Source of the DNA: Clostridia bacterium
GTDB lineage: Bacteria > Bacillota > Clostridia > Christensenellales > QALW01
DNA: 62,151 nucleotides
Assembly: GCA_045537705.1 (NCBI GenBank)
Contig: JAZSPY010000117.1
Coordinates: 1-62,151 of the forward strand
Direction of reading: 5' to 3'
The translations under genes were made by a program, and so were the position numbers. The stretch's first letter is position 1. Each line of letters opens with the position of its first letter. The notes beneath the pieces are model-generated. The model did no database searches and had not been told where the DNA came from. It saw nothing but the letters and a program-made list of their open reading frames with translations. This document shows, one piece after another, positions 16,763-26,495 of this stretch.

Positions 16763-17824
16763 ATGGATAACATTAAAAACGTACTTGTTCACTTTGGTTT
16801 TGAGCCCGATGCTTCATATATTCCCTGGGGCAACGGACACATTAACGATACTTTCAGGGTTGAGGACAGGTTCTTATTACAACGAATAAATACCAACGTT
16901 TTTAAAGATTACGAGGGTTTAATGAACAACGTTCACCTTGTAACCACCTTTTTACAGAAAATGATTTACAAAAACGAAGGTGATGTTTTAAGGGAAACAA
17001 TGGGCGTTTTACCTAGTATTGACGGCAAAAACTACTACGTTTGCAGTGATGGTAACGTTTACAGAATGTACGTTTTTATTAAAGATTCTTTAAGTATTGA
17101 CCAGGTTGAAACGAAAGATGACCTTTATTCCTGTGGGTTTGGGTTTGGTGATTTTCAGAAAAAGCTTTCAGGTTTTGATGCATCCCTTTTAGTTGAAACT
17201 ATCCCCGGTTTCCACGATACCTTAAAGCGTTTTGAAGCTTTTAAGGAAGCGCTTAATAACGATGTTAAAGATAGGGCTAAAGACTCAAAAACAGAAATTG
17301 ATTTTGTATTAAACCACTATGATTTAATTAAAAAGATTGCCGATATTTACAAAACACTTCCTTTAAGGGTTACCCATAACGATACAAAGCTTAACAATGT
17401 GCTTTTTGATAATAAAACCCGCGAACCTCTTTGTGTAATTGACCTTGATACAGTTATGCCCGGTTATGCGGCAAACGATTTTGGTGATGCTATCCGATTT
17501 GGTGCATCAACCGCTGCAGAAGACGAAACAGACCTTTCAAAAGTTCACTTTGATTTTGAACTTTACAAAGCTTTTGCAGAAGGCTTTATCAAAGGGTGCG
17601 GTGGCGGATTGACAAAAGAAGAACTTTCTTCATTCCCCTACGGCTGTATTATGATGACATTTGAATGCGGTATGCGTTTCTTAACCGACTACTTAAATGG
17701 TGATACATACTTTAAGATTCATCGTGAGCATCATAACCTTGACAGGTGCCGTACCCAGTTTAAACTTGTAAGCGAAATGGAAGAAAATTTAGATAAAATG
17801 CTTGCATTTATTGATGAACAGTAA
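16763..17824 (+). CDS. nahK: N-acetylhexosamine 1-kinase (NahK/LnpB family, APH-fold)
   Basis: 353 aa. Long collinear motifs as I remember them from Bifidobacterium NahK: GDFQ..LS.FDAS, FHDT..RFE.FK, RVTHNDTKLNN, IDLDTVMPG, RFGASTAAEDE.DLSKVHF, ECGMRFL.DYL.GD.YF and RTQFKLV.EME. Confidence 0.85.
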   Translation: MDNIKNVLVHFGFEPDASYIPWGNGHINDTFRVEDRFLLQRINTNVFKDYEGLMNNVHLVTTFLQKMIYKNEGDVLRETMGVLPSIDGKNYYVCSDGNVYRMYVFIKDSLSIDQVETKDDLYSCGFGFGDFQKKLSGFDASLLVETIPGFHDTLKRFEAFKEALNNDVKDRAKDSKTEIDFVLNHYDLIKKIADIYKTLPLRVTHNDTKLNNVLFDNKTREPLCVIDLDTVMPGYAANDFGDAIRFGASTAAEDETDLSKVHFDFELYKAFAEGFIKGCGGGLTKEELSSFPYGCIMMTFECGMRFLTDYLNGDTYFKIHREHHNLDRCRTQFKLVSEMEENLDKMLAFIDEQ

Positions 17825-17866
17825 TAAAAAAAGCAACTTCAAAAAAGAAGTTGCTTTTATTTTTTC
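17825..17866. terminator. Bidirectional terminator between nahK and nadE
   Basis: Stem AGCAACTTC (17831-17839) pairs with GAAGTTGCT (17846-17854), flanked by A- and T-runs. Confidence 0.6.
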
Positions 17867-18591
17867 TAAATTTCAGGTTTAAAAGAAGGCATAAGCTGAA
17901 GTTTAAATAAGTTCATTTTATGCTTTCTATCAATGATTTCTTTAATATTTAAATCATCAATTTCGCCTGTGCGGATATACCTATCTAAAACTGCATAGGT
18001 GAAGCCAAGATTATCTTCATCGGTTTTACCGCAAAGCCCGTCAATAGGCACTTTATCAACTAAAACATCAGGTAAATTAAGAACTCTGCCGATTGCTTTT
18101 ACTTCCTGAACAGTTAAATTGCACATTGGTGAAAAATCCCCTGCCGCATCACCGTAACGGGTTGAATATCCTACCCAATCTTCTGAAAGGTTGCAGGTGT
18201 TTACTACCCTACCGTTATGGCTTTGGGCAACAGCGTAAAGGGTTGTCATTCTAACCCTTGGTGCAATATTTGTTAAAGTTTGATTAGTTGCTTCAAAAGG
18301 CAAGGATTTTTTTACACCTTCAACTGCATCAAAAACGTTTATCACGTAATGTTTTATATCAAGATGCTTAACAAGTAGTTGTGCCATATCAATATCGTGC
18401 TGTTCACCACAGGGCATTAAAACACCTATCACCCTATCCTTTCCTAACGCTTCAACGCAAAGGGCGGCTGCAACAGAAGAATCTTTACCCCCTGAAATAC
18501 CGATAACAGCATTGCAGTCTTTACCGTTTTCTTCAAAAAATTGTTGTATCCATTTTACGCAATCGTCTTTTACTTTTTTCGCATCAAACAT
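17866..18591 (-). CDS. nadE: NH3-dependent NAD+ synthetase
   Basis: GISGGKDSSV is the PP-loop. The start at MFDAKK is preceded by AAAGGAGAAAACCGTT. The longer ORF would overlap pncA. Confidence 0.9.
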   Translation of the reverse strand: MFDAKKVKDDCVKWIQQFFEENGKDCNAVIGISGGKDSSVAAALCVEALGKDRVIGVLMPCGEQHDIDMAQLLVKHLDIKHYVINVFDAVEGVKKSLPFEATNQTLTNIAPRVRMTTLYAVAQSHNGRVVNTCNLSEDWVGYSTRYGDAAGDFSPMCNLTVQEVKAIGRVLNLPDVLVDKVPIDGLCGKTDEDNLGFTYAVLDRYIRTGEIDDLNIKEIIDRKHKMNLFKLQLMPSFKPEI

Positions 18592-18605
18592 AACGGTTTT
18601 CTCCT

Positions 18606-19130
18606 TTAAATAACTTTGATCTGGCACATTTTCATGGTTTCAAGCGCCGCTTCATGTGTTGCAGGTGTAACCCCTGCGCAACAGGAAGGATCAACAATAA
18701 TTTCTTTTTCATAAAAGTTTGTTTTTAACAAAAGCGCATTTGAAACCACGCAAATATCCGTACAAATACCGATAAGTTCAATTGTGAAATCTTCGCCGTT
18801 TGCTTTTTCCAATATTATTTCGGGAAGATCCTTTGATCCAAAGGTAAGTTTTTCTAATGCGGTATAGCCTTTTTTATTTAACGCTTCCTGCACCGTATCG
18901 TTTATTTGCCAACCCCTTGTTCCCTTTACGCAGTGAACTACAGGCAAATTTTTACCTTCAAGGGTTTCAATATAATTTTCAAAATGAGTATCAAAGGTAG
19001 CAATAATTTCCCCATCAAAATTTATGATTTTATTTTTAACGTTATCCACTATGCTTTGGGCTTCCTTTGTGCCTAAAGCCCCGTCAACAAAATCGTTTTG
19101 CATATCAACAACTATCAAAAAGTTTTTCAT
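18606..19130 (-). CDS. pncA: Isochorismatase-family cysteine hydrolase, probable nicotinamidase
   Basis: LIVVDMQNDF...GAL, a conserved K and the catalytic-type Cys in GICTDICV. Adjacent to nadE. The start overlaps the aroQ stop (TAATG). Confidence 0.75.
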   Translation of the reverse strand: MKNFLIVVDMQNDFVDGALGTKEAQSIVDNVKNKIINFDGEIIATFDTHFENYIETLEGKNLPVVHCVKGTRGWQINDTVQEALNKKGYTALEKLTFGSKDLPEIILEKANGEDFTIELIGICTDICVVSNALLLKTNFYEKEIIVDPSCCAGVTPATHEAALETMKMCQIKVI

Positions 19131-19558
19131 TATTTATTCTCCAGCAAAAAATCAATAGCTTCTAAATAACCTGCAAATCCTTTTCCGGTAATGGTTTTTT
19201 TGCAAGCAGAACGAATATATGAAATCTGCCTGAAATCTTCCCTATCTTCTACCTTTGAAATATGCACTTCCACACAAGGAATATTTACCGCCTTTACCGC
19301 ATCTAAAATAGCAACGCTTGTATGGGTGTAAGCCGCAGGGTTAATAACGATACCGTCAAAAACACCTTTTGATTTTTGTATAAAATCCACAAGTTTGCCT
19401 TCATAATTGGTCTGCCTGATTTTTACAGAGACTTTTTTTGTTTTACAATGCTTTTTGATTAAATTTTCAAGATCTTTATAAGATTTATTGCCGTACTTAT
19501 CAGGCTCACGAACGCCTAAAAGATTAAGGTTAGGCCCATTTAAAACTAATATTTTCAT
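19130..19558 (-). CDS. aroQ: Type II 3-dehydroquinate dehydratase
   Basis: MKILVLNGPNLNLLGVREP..YG, INPAAYTHTSVA and HISKVEDRE.FR. Confidence 0.92.
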   Translation of the reverse strand: MKILVLNGPNLNLLGVREPDKYGNKSYKDLENLIKKHCKTKKVSVKIRQTNYEGKLVDFIQKSKGVFDGIVINPAAYTHTSVAILDAVKAVNIPCVEVHISKVEDREDFRQISYIRSACKKTITGKGFAGYLEAIDFLLENK

Positions 19559-20607
19559 AATTCCTCCATTAAATCATAAAGCGCAATAGCGCAAGCGGAA
19601 ATCACCGGCACAACTGCACGTTTTACAATACAAGGATCGTGCCTGCCCTGAATTTGAAGTGTAACGTTTTCATTTGTTTTAAGATCAACGGAACGTTGTT
19701 CTTTAAATATAGATGGTGTTGGCTTAAATGCAACAGTAAATATAAGGGGCATACCGTTGGTCATACCGCCCATAACACCGCCTGAATTGTTGGTATAGGT
19801 TTTTACCTGATTCTCAAAATAAAATTCATCGTTGTTTTCGCTGCCAAGCATATCTTTAACCTTAAAGCCTGCACCAAACTGAACGCCCTTTACCCCCGGG
19901 ATACCAAAGATTGCGCTTGCAATATGCCCATCAATGCCATCAAAAATTCCATCGCCGATTCCAACAGGCAAAGAAGCAACCTTACATTCAATTACTCCAC
20001 CAACAGAATCCCCTTGTTCTGATGCCTTTATGATGGCGTTTTTCATTTCTTCACCTTTTTCTTCGTTTATAACGGGAAAAGGCTTTTTATAAATGTCTGT
20101 GATTTCCTGATTAAGCCAATCAAAATTATCATCATTTATACCGAATATATTTGCCACGTGGGCATCAATTTTTATGTTTTTTTCTTCTAAAATCTGAATA
20201 AAAACGCCACCTGCAATACTTAAAGCAGCGGTTAATCTGCCTGAATAAATACCGCCACCTGGAAAAATTAAGCCTTTCTTAACAAAACACGGATAATCCG
20301 CATGGCTTGGGCGCGGAACAGTTTTTTCGTAATCTGATGAACGAGTGTTTTCATTATAAATTACCGCTTTAAAAACGTTGCCATCGGTTTGATTGTTTTC
20401 ATCTAACCCTGAAAGCACATGGATTATATCGTTTTCAACACGTTTAGTTGAAAACTGATCCCCTGCCTTTCTTAAATTAACGAATTGTTGTAATTTGGTC
20501 AGGTCTATTTTATGACCCTTTTTTAAGTTTTCAATGGTTACACCGATTTCGGTTGCGTGGGATTCACCAAAAATATCAACTTTTACATTTCTGCCAAAGA
20601 CCGACAT
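19555..20607 (-). CDS. aroC: Chorismate synthase
   Basis: FGESH, RPSHADY, GGGIYSGRLTA and RHDPC. The start at MSVFGR lies immediately after the stop of the upstream U32 gene. Confidence 0.92.
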   Translation of the reverse strand: MSVFGRNVKVDIFGESHATEIGVTIENLKKGHKIDLTKLQQFVNLRKAGDQFSTKRVENDIIHVLSGLDENNQTDGNVFKAVIYNENTRSSDYEKTVPRPSHADYPCFVKKGLIFPGGGIYSGRLTAALSIAGGVFIQILEEKNIKIDAHVANIFGINDDNFDWLNQEITDIYKKPFPVINEEKGEEMKNAIIKASEQGDSVGGVIECKVASLPVGIGDGIFDGIDGHIASAIFGIPGVKGVQFGAGFKVKDMLGSENNDEFYFENQVKTYTNNSGGVMGGMTNGMPLIFTVAFKPTPSIFKEQRSVDLKTNENVTLQIQGRHDPCIVKRAVVPVISACAIALYDLMEEL

Positions 20608-20609
20608 AT

Positions 20610-21800
20610 TTACCTCTTTCTTAAAATATCCCCTTCTTCTAAAGTAAAGGGACAATCCATAGTAACGAGTTCCTGCGGATGCGGTGCTTTTTCAATTTTT
20701 TCGCCGTTTTCGCTATAAAGATTTTCTACTGTAAAAGAAAGACCGATGCTTTTAGGTGAAATAACTTCAAAAACATCGCCTTCCTTAAAATGATTGCGCT
20801 GTTCAACGGTTAATTTACCGTTTTCATAGCCTTTTACAATGCCTGCAAACACCTTTTCCTGTTTATATGCCATATCATCATCAGGCATATATCTCTCTAA
20901 TTCGCCAAAGTAAAATCCGCTTGAATACGGGCGGTGGCTTACTGCATCAAGTTCCTTCGTTAGAAGATCAACAGGCGCAGTTTTATCAAGCGCGTGGCGG
21001 TAAGCGTTTACCACCGTTGCAACGTAATAAGGCGATTTCATTCTGCCTTCAATTTTAAAGGAAGTTACCCCTGCACCAATCAATTCATCAAGAAAATCAA
21101 TGCACTTCATATCCCTTGAAGATAAAAGTGTTGTACCTTTTTCCCCTTCTTCAACAGGGAAAAATTCATTAGGACGGGTTTGTTCAACAAGATGATAACG
21201 CCAACGGCAAGGCTGAGTACATTCGCCCCTGTTACCGCTTCTGCCTGTTAAATACGTGCTGATAAAACAACGTCCCGAAAAAGCCATGCACATTGCACCA
21301 TGAACAAAGGCTTCAATTTCAAGATCTTCGGGAATAATTTTAGAAAAATGCTTGATTTCCTCTAAATTCATTTCCCTTGCAAGCACAATTCGTTTAACGC
21401 CCAAATCGTGATAAACCTTTGCCGCAAAGGCGTTCTGACAGTTTGCCTGTGTAGAAACGTGAATTTCTAAATCTGGCACCTGGCTTCTTAAAACGCTGAT
21501 AACCCCAAGATCTGAAACGATAACCGCATCAACGTTAATTGAATAAAGTTTTTTGCCATATTCAACGATATTTTTAAATTCCTGATCTTTTGCAAAGGAA
21601 TTTACCGTAACGTACAGCTTTTTATTTAATGAATGTGCGTATTTAGTTGCTTCTTCAATATCTTCTAAGGTAAAACCCGTTACTTTTGATCTTAATTGCA
21701 TAAAAGGTCCACCAATGTAAACGGCATCAGCGCCGAATTTAAAGGCAGTTTTTAAACATTCCATATCGCCTGCCGGTGCAAGCAATTCTAATTTTGCCAT
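20610..21800 (-). CDS. Peptidase U32 family protein (YrrO/TrhP/UbiU-like, Fe-S Cys motif)
   Basis: LELLAPAGD, then HGAMCMAFSGRCFIS...GRSGNRGECTQPCRWRY, then FKIEGRMKSPYYV. Confidence 0.85.
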   Translation of the reverse strand: MAKLELLAPAGDMECLKTAFKFGADAVYIGGPFMQLRSKVTGFTLEDIEEATKYAHSLNKKLYVTVNSFAKDQEFKNIVEYGKKLYSINVDAVIVSDLGVISVLRSQVPDLEIHVSTQANCQNAFAAKVYHDLGVKRIVLAREMNLEEIKHFSKIIPEDLEIEAFVHGAMCMAFSGRCFISTYLTGRSGNRGECTQPCRWRYHLVEQTRPNEFFPVEEGEKGTTLLSSRDMKCIDFLDELIGAGVTSFKIEGRMKSPYYVATVVNAYRHALDKTAPVDLLTKELDAVSHRPYSSGFYFGELERYMPDDDMAYKQEKVFAGIVKGYENGKLTVEQRNHFKEGDVFEVISPKSIGLSFTVENLYSENGEKIEKAPHPQELVTMDCPFTLEEGDILRKR

Positions 21801-21809
21801 AAATTTCTC

Positions 21810-23822
21810 CTATTTAAGATTTTTAAAGTAAAGCCCTTTCGTTCTTATAAAATCCGGGGCTGAATTATCCTTTGATTTTCCGATAATTTCCTTTACCTTT
21901 TCAGGCGATTCCACCGTAAAATATAAAAGGTTAAAATCGCTTTTAATAGGTTCATCAAAAACGCAAAGCGGTACCGAATTTAAAAGAGTTGTATACTTTT
22001 TATCGTTACATAAAAGAGTAAAATCAATGTTTTTTCTGTCTTTGATAATAGAAATACCCTTGCAGTTTTTGCAATTATCCTTAGTTTTGTTGGGGCATGC
22101 GCGCATTCGCATTAAAGGAAGATACCCATAAGTTATATGCCCAACAGGCACAGGGTTAGAAAGTTCTTCTATTCCCTTTTTACTGCTTTCAAAGGAGGCA
22201 ACTATCCCCTTTACACCTATATCAAATAAGGCAAAAATGCTTAAAGAGTTTAATGCGTTCATTCCCCAGGAACAAATTATATCAAAATCAAACTCTTTTG
22301 CAAAAAATATTCCGCTTATATTATCAACTGCAACGGTTTTTAACCCAAATCCCTTTAATAAAGCCAGTTTCTCATATACCTGCTGCTCATCAAAAGGAAA
22401 GATTAAAGATGGTATTTCACCAATAATGTTTTTATATTTTGATAAGATTTCCTGTGTAATGTGCTTGATTGGCACAATTATATGTGTATCATTTTGAACA
22501 AATTTAAGTTGATTTATATTTTCAACCCTGATAACAGTTTCCTGTTCTCTTTTAACCTTAAATTTTTCATTTTTAAGGGGTAAAACAGGTTGCTCTTCCC
22601 TATTGATTCTTTTTTCGCAAAGCTCCTCTAATGCTTCACGCCTTAATGCATTAAGCTCAGATAAGGGATAAGAAATACCGCTTTCTACAAAAACATCTTC
22701 TTCCTTTACATAATAAGGAGTTCCGCCTGTTTTTGAAAGTTGCTTTAATACGTCATCCTTGCTTGTTTCCCTGTTGATTGCCTTTTCCGGCTTAGCTCCT
22801 GAAACTGCAACCGAATTTTTGCCATCATTATATATAACAACGGCTTCTTCCCCGTGTTTTATGGTTGCTTTTAAAGTTAAAGGCACCCGCATAACAGGAT
22901 TTTTATAAACTGAAAGATTTTTTAAAACTTTTTCGGTATTTTCAACGTCTTCCTTTTTGCGATAGCCGAACATATCACTATCACGCTTACCTAAAAAGTA
23001 ACCATCTGTAAATCCTGAACGGGAAAACACATTCTTTAAAGTTTCCAGATCAGGTTTTTCACCGTTTAATGCTTGCTTGCAAGCTAAAACAGAAGCGTAA
23101 ACATATTCAGGGCGCTTCATTCTGCCCTCAATTTTAAATGAAGTTACGCCGATCTCCTTAAGCCTTTTAATATAAGGTATATGGCACATATCTTTTAAAG
23201 AAAGTGCGTGATCTTTATTATTGATGGTAAAATCAAGGCGGCAAGGCTGTGCGCACAAGCCACGGTTACCGCTTCTTTGCCCTAAAACCGAGGAAAGATA
23301 GCAGCCCCCTGAAATACACATACATAATGCGCCGTGAATAAAAACTTCAATTTCAATATCAGTTCCATCAACGATTTTTTTAATTTCCCCTTCGCTTAAC
23401 TCCCTTGAAAGCACAACGCGTGAAAAGCCAAGTTCCTTTAAAAGTTTGGCACCGCTTACGTTATGTACGGTTAATTGAGTTGAAGCGTGCATTGTTAACG
23501 AAGGAAAACAATTCTTTATTATCCTTGCAACGCCAAGATCCTGTACGATTACAGCATCAACGTTTGCTTTAACAAGATCCTGTAAAACAGAATAAATATT
23601 ATCAATTTCATTATCTTTAATTAAGGTGTTTACCGTTGCGTGCACCTTAACCCCAAATTTATGGCAGTATTCTACCGCCTGTTTAAGTTCATCAAACGAA
23701 AAATTTTTAGCGTTTCTTCGTGCATTAAAATCGCCATAACCAAGATAAACTGCATCGGCACCTGCATTTATTGCTGCCTGAAGTTGTTCAAATGCACCAC
23801 AAGGAGCAAGAATTTCACACAT
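21810..23822 (-). CDS. Peptidase U32 family protein, long form with C-terminal extension (DUF3656-like)
   Basis: EILAPCG, then HGALCMCISGGCYLS...QRSGNRGLCAQPCRLDF, then FKIEGRMKRPEYV. A C-terminal extension of about 350 aa carries CPNK..NCKNC. Confidence 0.85.
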   Translation of the reverse strand: MCEILAPCGAFEQLQAAINAGADAVYLGYGDFNARRNAKNFSFDELKQAVEYCHKFGVKVHATVNTLIKDNEIDNIYSVLQDLVKANVDAVIVQDLGVARIIKNCFPSLTMHASTQLTVHNVSGAKLLKELGFSRVVLSRELSEGEIKKIVDGTDIEIEVFIHGALCMCISGGCYLSSVLGQRSGNRGLCAQPCRLDFTINNKDHALSLKDMCHIPYIKRLKEIGVTSFKIEGRMKRPEYVYASVLACKQALNGEKPDLETLKNVFSRSGFTDGYFLGKRDSDMFGYRKKEDVENTEKVLKNLSVYKNPVMRVPLTLKATIKHGEEAVVIYNDGKNSVAVSGAKPEKAINRETSKDDVLKQLSKTGGTPYYVKEEDVFVESGISYPLSELNALRREALEELCEKRINREEQPVLPLKNEKFKVKREQETVIRVENINQLKFVQNDTHIIVPIKHITQEILSKYKNIIGEIPSLIFPFDEQQVYEKLALLKGFGLKTVAVDNISGIFFAKEFDFDIICSWGMNALNSLSIFALFDIGVKGIVASFESSKKGIEELSNPVPVGHITYGYLPLMRMRACPNKTKDNCKNCKGISIIKDRKNIDFTLLCNDKKYTTLLNSVPLCVFDEPIKSDFNLLYFTVESPEKVKEIIGKSKDNSAPDFIRTKGLYFKNLK

Positions 23823-23909
23823 ATTAAATTTTGCCCCCTGTTTATACCATAATTACAATTATTATATCACAATGCGATTCTTTTGAAAATAAAAAAGTTG
23901 AAAAAACAG

Positions 23910-23938
23910 TTGACATACTTATTAAAATGCGGTATTAT
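23910..23938 (+). promoter_or_regulatory. Sigma-A type promoter of the amino-acid ABC operon
   Basis: TTGACA (23910-23915), a 17-nt spacer, then TATTAT (23933-23938). The 9-bp hairpin ATCGCTTTA/TAAAGCGAT sits in the leader. Confidence 0.5.
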
Positions 23939-23996
23939 AAGCACATCAACATCGCTTTAGCATAATAAAGCGATAAAACAAAAGGAGTTTTTTATT

Positions 23997-24785
23997 ATGA
24001 AAAAGGTACTTATTTTAGCACTTGTAGTTGTTATGGCTCTTTGCGGTTTCGCAGGCTGTAATGAAGCAGAAAAACCTGTAATCGTTGTTGGCTACACAAT
24101 TTACAAACCCATGAACTATTTAGACGAAAACGGAACACTCATTGGTTTTGATACCGAACTTGCTAAGCTTGTTTTTGAAAACCTTGGTTATGAAGTTTCT
24201 TTTAAAGAAATCCAGTGGGAAAACAAATACACAGATCTTAACTCAAACGTAATTGACTGTGTTTGGAACGGATTTACTTGCAACTCTACTGATGATGATG
24301 GCGTTCAACGTAAAGACAAAGTTGATTTCTCATATAACTATATGGAAAACCGTCAGGTAGTTGTTGTTAAGGCAGATTCAGCAATCGCAACTAAAGAAGA
24401 TCTTAACGGCAAAATTGGTCTTGCTGAAGCAGGCAGCGCAGGCGAAAGCTATGCAAAGGGCTTTGAAGGCGTTGTTTATAAGAGTGCTGTTAAGCAGACA
24501 GATACACTTCTTGAAGTAAATTCAGGCACAGCAGATTTCGCAGTTCTTGATGCACAGCTTGCTGAAAGCTATGTTGGCAAAGGCGATTATGCTAACCTTA
24601 AGGTTATTGAAGCTTTAACAAGTGACGTTGAATATTATGCTATCGGCTTTAAAAAGGGTAGTGAACTTACCGCTAAAGTTAATGCAGAACTTGAAAACCT
24701 TCTTGCAAACGGAAAAATTCAGGAACTTGCAGTAAAGTATGGCGTTGAAAATACTACATTAAAGAGCTACGCAGATCAGAAATAA
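23997..24785 (+). CDS. Amino-acid ABC transporter substrate-binding lipoprotein (family 3)
   Basis: Lipobox LCGFAGC. SBP_bac_3-like features include a YTIYKPMNY-type N-terminal region and GTADFAVLD. Confidence 0.85.
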   Translation: MKKVLILALVVVMALCGFAGCNEAEKPVIVVGYTIYKPMNYLDENGTLIGFDTELAKLVFENLGYEVSFKEIQWENKYTDLNSNVIDCVWNGFTCNSTDDDGVQRKDKVDFSYNYMENRQVVVVKADSAIATKEDLNGKIGLAEAGSAGESYAKGFEGVVYKSAVKQTDTLLEVNSGTADFAVLDAQLAESYVGKGDYANLKVIEALTSDVEYYAIGFKKGSELTAKVNAELENLLANGKIQELAVKYGVENTTLKSYADQK

Positions 24786-24817
24786 TCTTAAATTAAAACA
24801 GAATAAAAGCGAATTTA

Positions 24818-24845
24818 GCTGACGGGATTTATCCATCCCGTCAGC
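24818..24845 (+). promoter_or_regulatory. Intercistronic stem-loop between binding-protein and permease genes
   Basis: An 11-bp perfect stem GCTGACGGGAT (24818-24828) pairs with ATCCCGTCAGC (24835-24845) around a 6-nt loop. No U-run follows. Confidence 0.5.
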
Positions 24846-24868
24846 AAATTTGTGTAAAGGGAAATTTT

Positions 24869-25597
24869 ATGTCGTTTTTTGAAATAACCACCTTTCTTGC
24901 AAATGGCTTTGTTATATCATTAATAATCTTCGTTGTTACGTTGCTTGTAGGTATTCCTTTAGGGTTACCTATAGCTTTTTGTTCAATGAGTAAGTTTAAG
25001 CCATTAAAAGCCGTTGCAAAAACATTTGTTTGGATTGTTCGCGGAATACCGCTTATGCTTCAGATTTTTATAATCTACTACATACCTGGGCTTTTATTTG
25101 ACAATCCGATTTTTAGCCAGATAGATCGTTTTATTATAAGTAATTATGTGATTCCACAAGATGGAAGCCTTACACAAATGCTTTTAACTAATGCAGGCGG
25201 TCTTGTTGCAGTTCTTATTGCCTTTTCAATAAACTATGCCTGCTATTTTTCAGAAATCTACCGTGGCGGAATAGAAAGTATTGCTACCGGACAATATGAA
25301 GCAGGCTACGTATTAGGTCTTACAAAAAAGCAAGTTTTCAGGCATATTATTCTTAAGCAAGTTATAAAGCGTATCGTTCCGCCAATGTCAAACGAAATTA
25401 TAACCTTAATAAAAGATACTGCTCTTGCAAACTGTATTATGATTCCTGAAATTATTAAGCAAGCAAAAGAACTTGCGGCAACACAAGCTCTTGTTTGGCC
25501 ACTTTTTTATACAGGCTTGTTCTATCTTATATTTGTTGGGCTTCTTACCATTTTGCTTAACAGGTTAGAAAAAAAGCTGGATTATTTTAAAGGATAA
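24869..25597 (+). CDS. Amino-acid ABC transporter permease (His/Glu/Gln/Arg/opine type)
   Basis: 242 aa and multi-TM. The EAA-like loop reads [22 protein letters not shown]. Confidence 0.85.
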   Translation: MSFFEITTFLANGFVISLIIFVVTLLVGIPLGLPIAFCSMSKFKPLKAVAKTFVWIVRGIPLMLQIFIIYYIPGLLFDNPIFSQIDRFIISNYVIPQDGSLTQMLLTNAGGLVAVLIAFSINYACYFSEIYRGGIESIATGQYEAGYVLGLTKKQVFRHIILKQVIKRIVPPMSNEIITLIKDTALANCIMIPEIIKQAKELAATQALVWPLFYTGLFYLIFVGLLTILLNRLEKKLDYFKG

Positions 25598-25601
25598 CGA
25601 T

Positions 25602-26351
25602 ATGGATATATTAAAAGTAAGTAATTTATGTAAAAGCTTTGGTAAAAACGAAGTTTTAAAAAATATAAGTTTTTCCCTTAATAAAGGCGAAGTTCTTACT
25701 ATAATCGGTTCATCCGGTTCAGGTAAAACCACGTTACTGCGTTGCCTTAATTTTTTAGAACTTGCAGATTCGGGCATTATTAAAATAGGGGATAAGGTTA
25801 TTTACGATGGTGAAAAGAAAAAAGAGCTTTCGGATAATAAATTAAGGGAAAATCGCCTTCACTTTGGCTTGGTTTTTCAACAGTTTAATTTGTTCCCACA
25901 ATACACCGTATTAAAAAACGTTACCCTTGCACCAACACTTTTAAAGCGCAATACAAACGAAAATATTACGCAAAAAGCACTTAAAATTATTGATCAGGTT
26001 GGTTTATCGGAAAAGGTAGATTCTTATCCTTGCACGCTTTCAGGCGGACAGCAACAGCGTGTTGCCATCGCACGCGCATTAGCGTTAGATCCTGATATTC
26101 TTTGCTTTGATGAACCAACAAGCGCTTTGGATCCTGAATTAACAGGGGAAGTTTTAAAGGTTATTTGTTCCCTTAAAGGCAGTGATTCTACTATGGTGGT
26201 TGTTACACACGAAATGCAGTTTGCCAAGGAAGTTTCCGATAGGGTAATCTTTATGGCTGATGGTGTTATTGAAGAAATCGGCACCCCCGAAGAAATTTTT
26301 GATAACCCTAAATCAGAACGTTTAAAAGCATTTTTATCAAATTCATTATAA
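25602..26351 (+). CDS. Amino-acid ABC transporter ATP-binding protein (GlnQ-like)
   Basis: Walker [10 protein letters not shown], signature [15 protein letters not shown], Walker [13 protein letters not shown] and the H-loop VTHEM. Confidence 0.92.
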   Translation: MDILKVSNLCKSFGKNEVLKNISFSLNKGEVLTIIGSSGSGKTTLLRCLNFLELADSGIIKIGDKVIYDGEKKKELSDNKLRENRLHFGLVFQQFNLFPQYTVLKNVTLAPTLLKRNTNENITQKALKIIDQVGLSEKVDSYPCTLSGGQQQRVAIARALALDPDILCFDEPTSALDPELTGEVLKVICSLKGSDSTMVVVTHEMQFAKEVSDRVIFMADGVIEEIGTPEEIFDNPKSERLKAFLSNSL

Positions 26352-26363
26352 TGATTATAAATA

Positions 26364-26395
26364 AAAAACGTCGGTCTTTTCCGGCGTTTATTTTG
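26364..26395 (+). terminator. Intrinsic terminator after ABC operon
   Basis: Stem AACGTCGG pairs with CCGGCGTT (one G-U pair), followed by TATTTT. Confidence 0.5.
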
Positions 26396-26419
26396 TTGAA
26401 AAATTTTTTAAAAAAAGTA

Positions 26420-26448
26420 TTGACAAACAAAACCCACTTTGCTATAAT
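26420..26448 (+). promoter_or_regulatory. Consensus sigma-A promoter of the perR-like/rubrerythrin operon
   Basis: TTGACA (26420-26425), a 17-nt spacer, then TATAAT (26443-26448). Confidence 0.6.
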
Positions 26449-26458
26449 AAATTTGTAA

Positions 26459-26473
26459 TTAGAATAATTCTAA
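26459..26473. promoter_or_regulatory. Per/Fur-type 7-1-7 operator
   Basis: TTAGAAT-A-ATTCTAA is a perfect inverted repeat 11 nt downstream of the -10. It matches 13 of 15 positions of the B. subtilis PerR box TTATAATNATTATAA. Confidence 0.55.
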
Positions 26474-26495
26474 ATCTAAAAAGTGAGGTGAGCCG

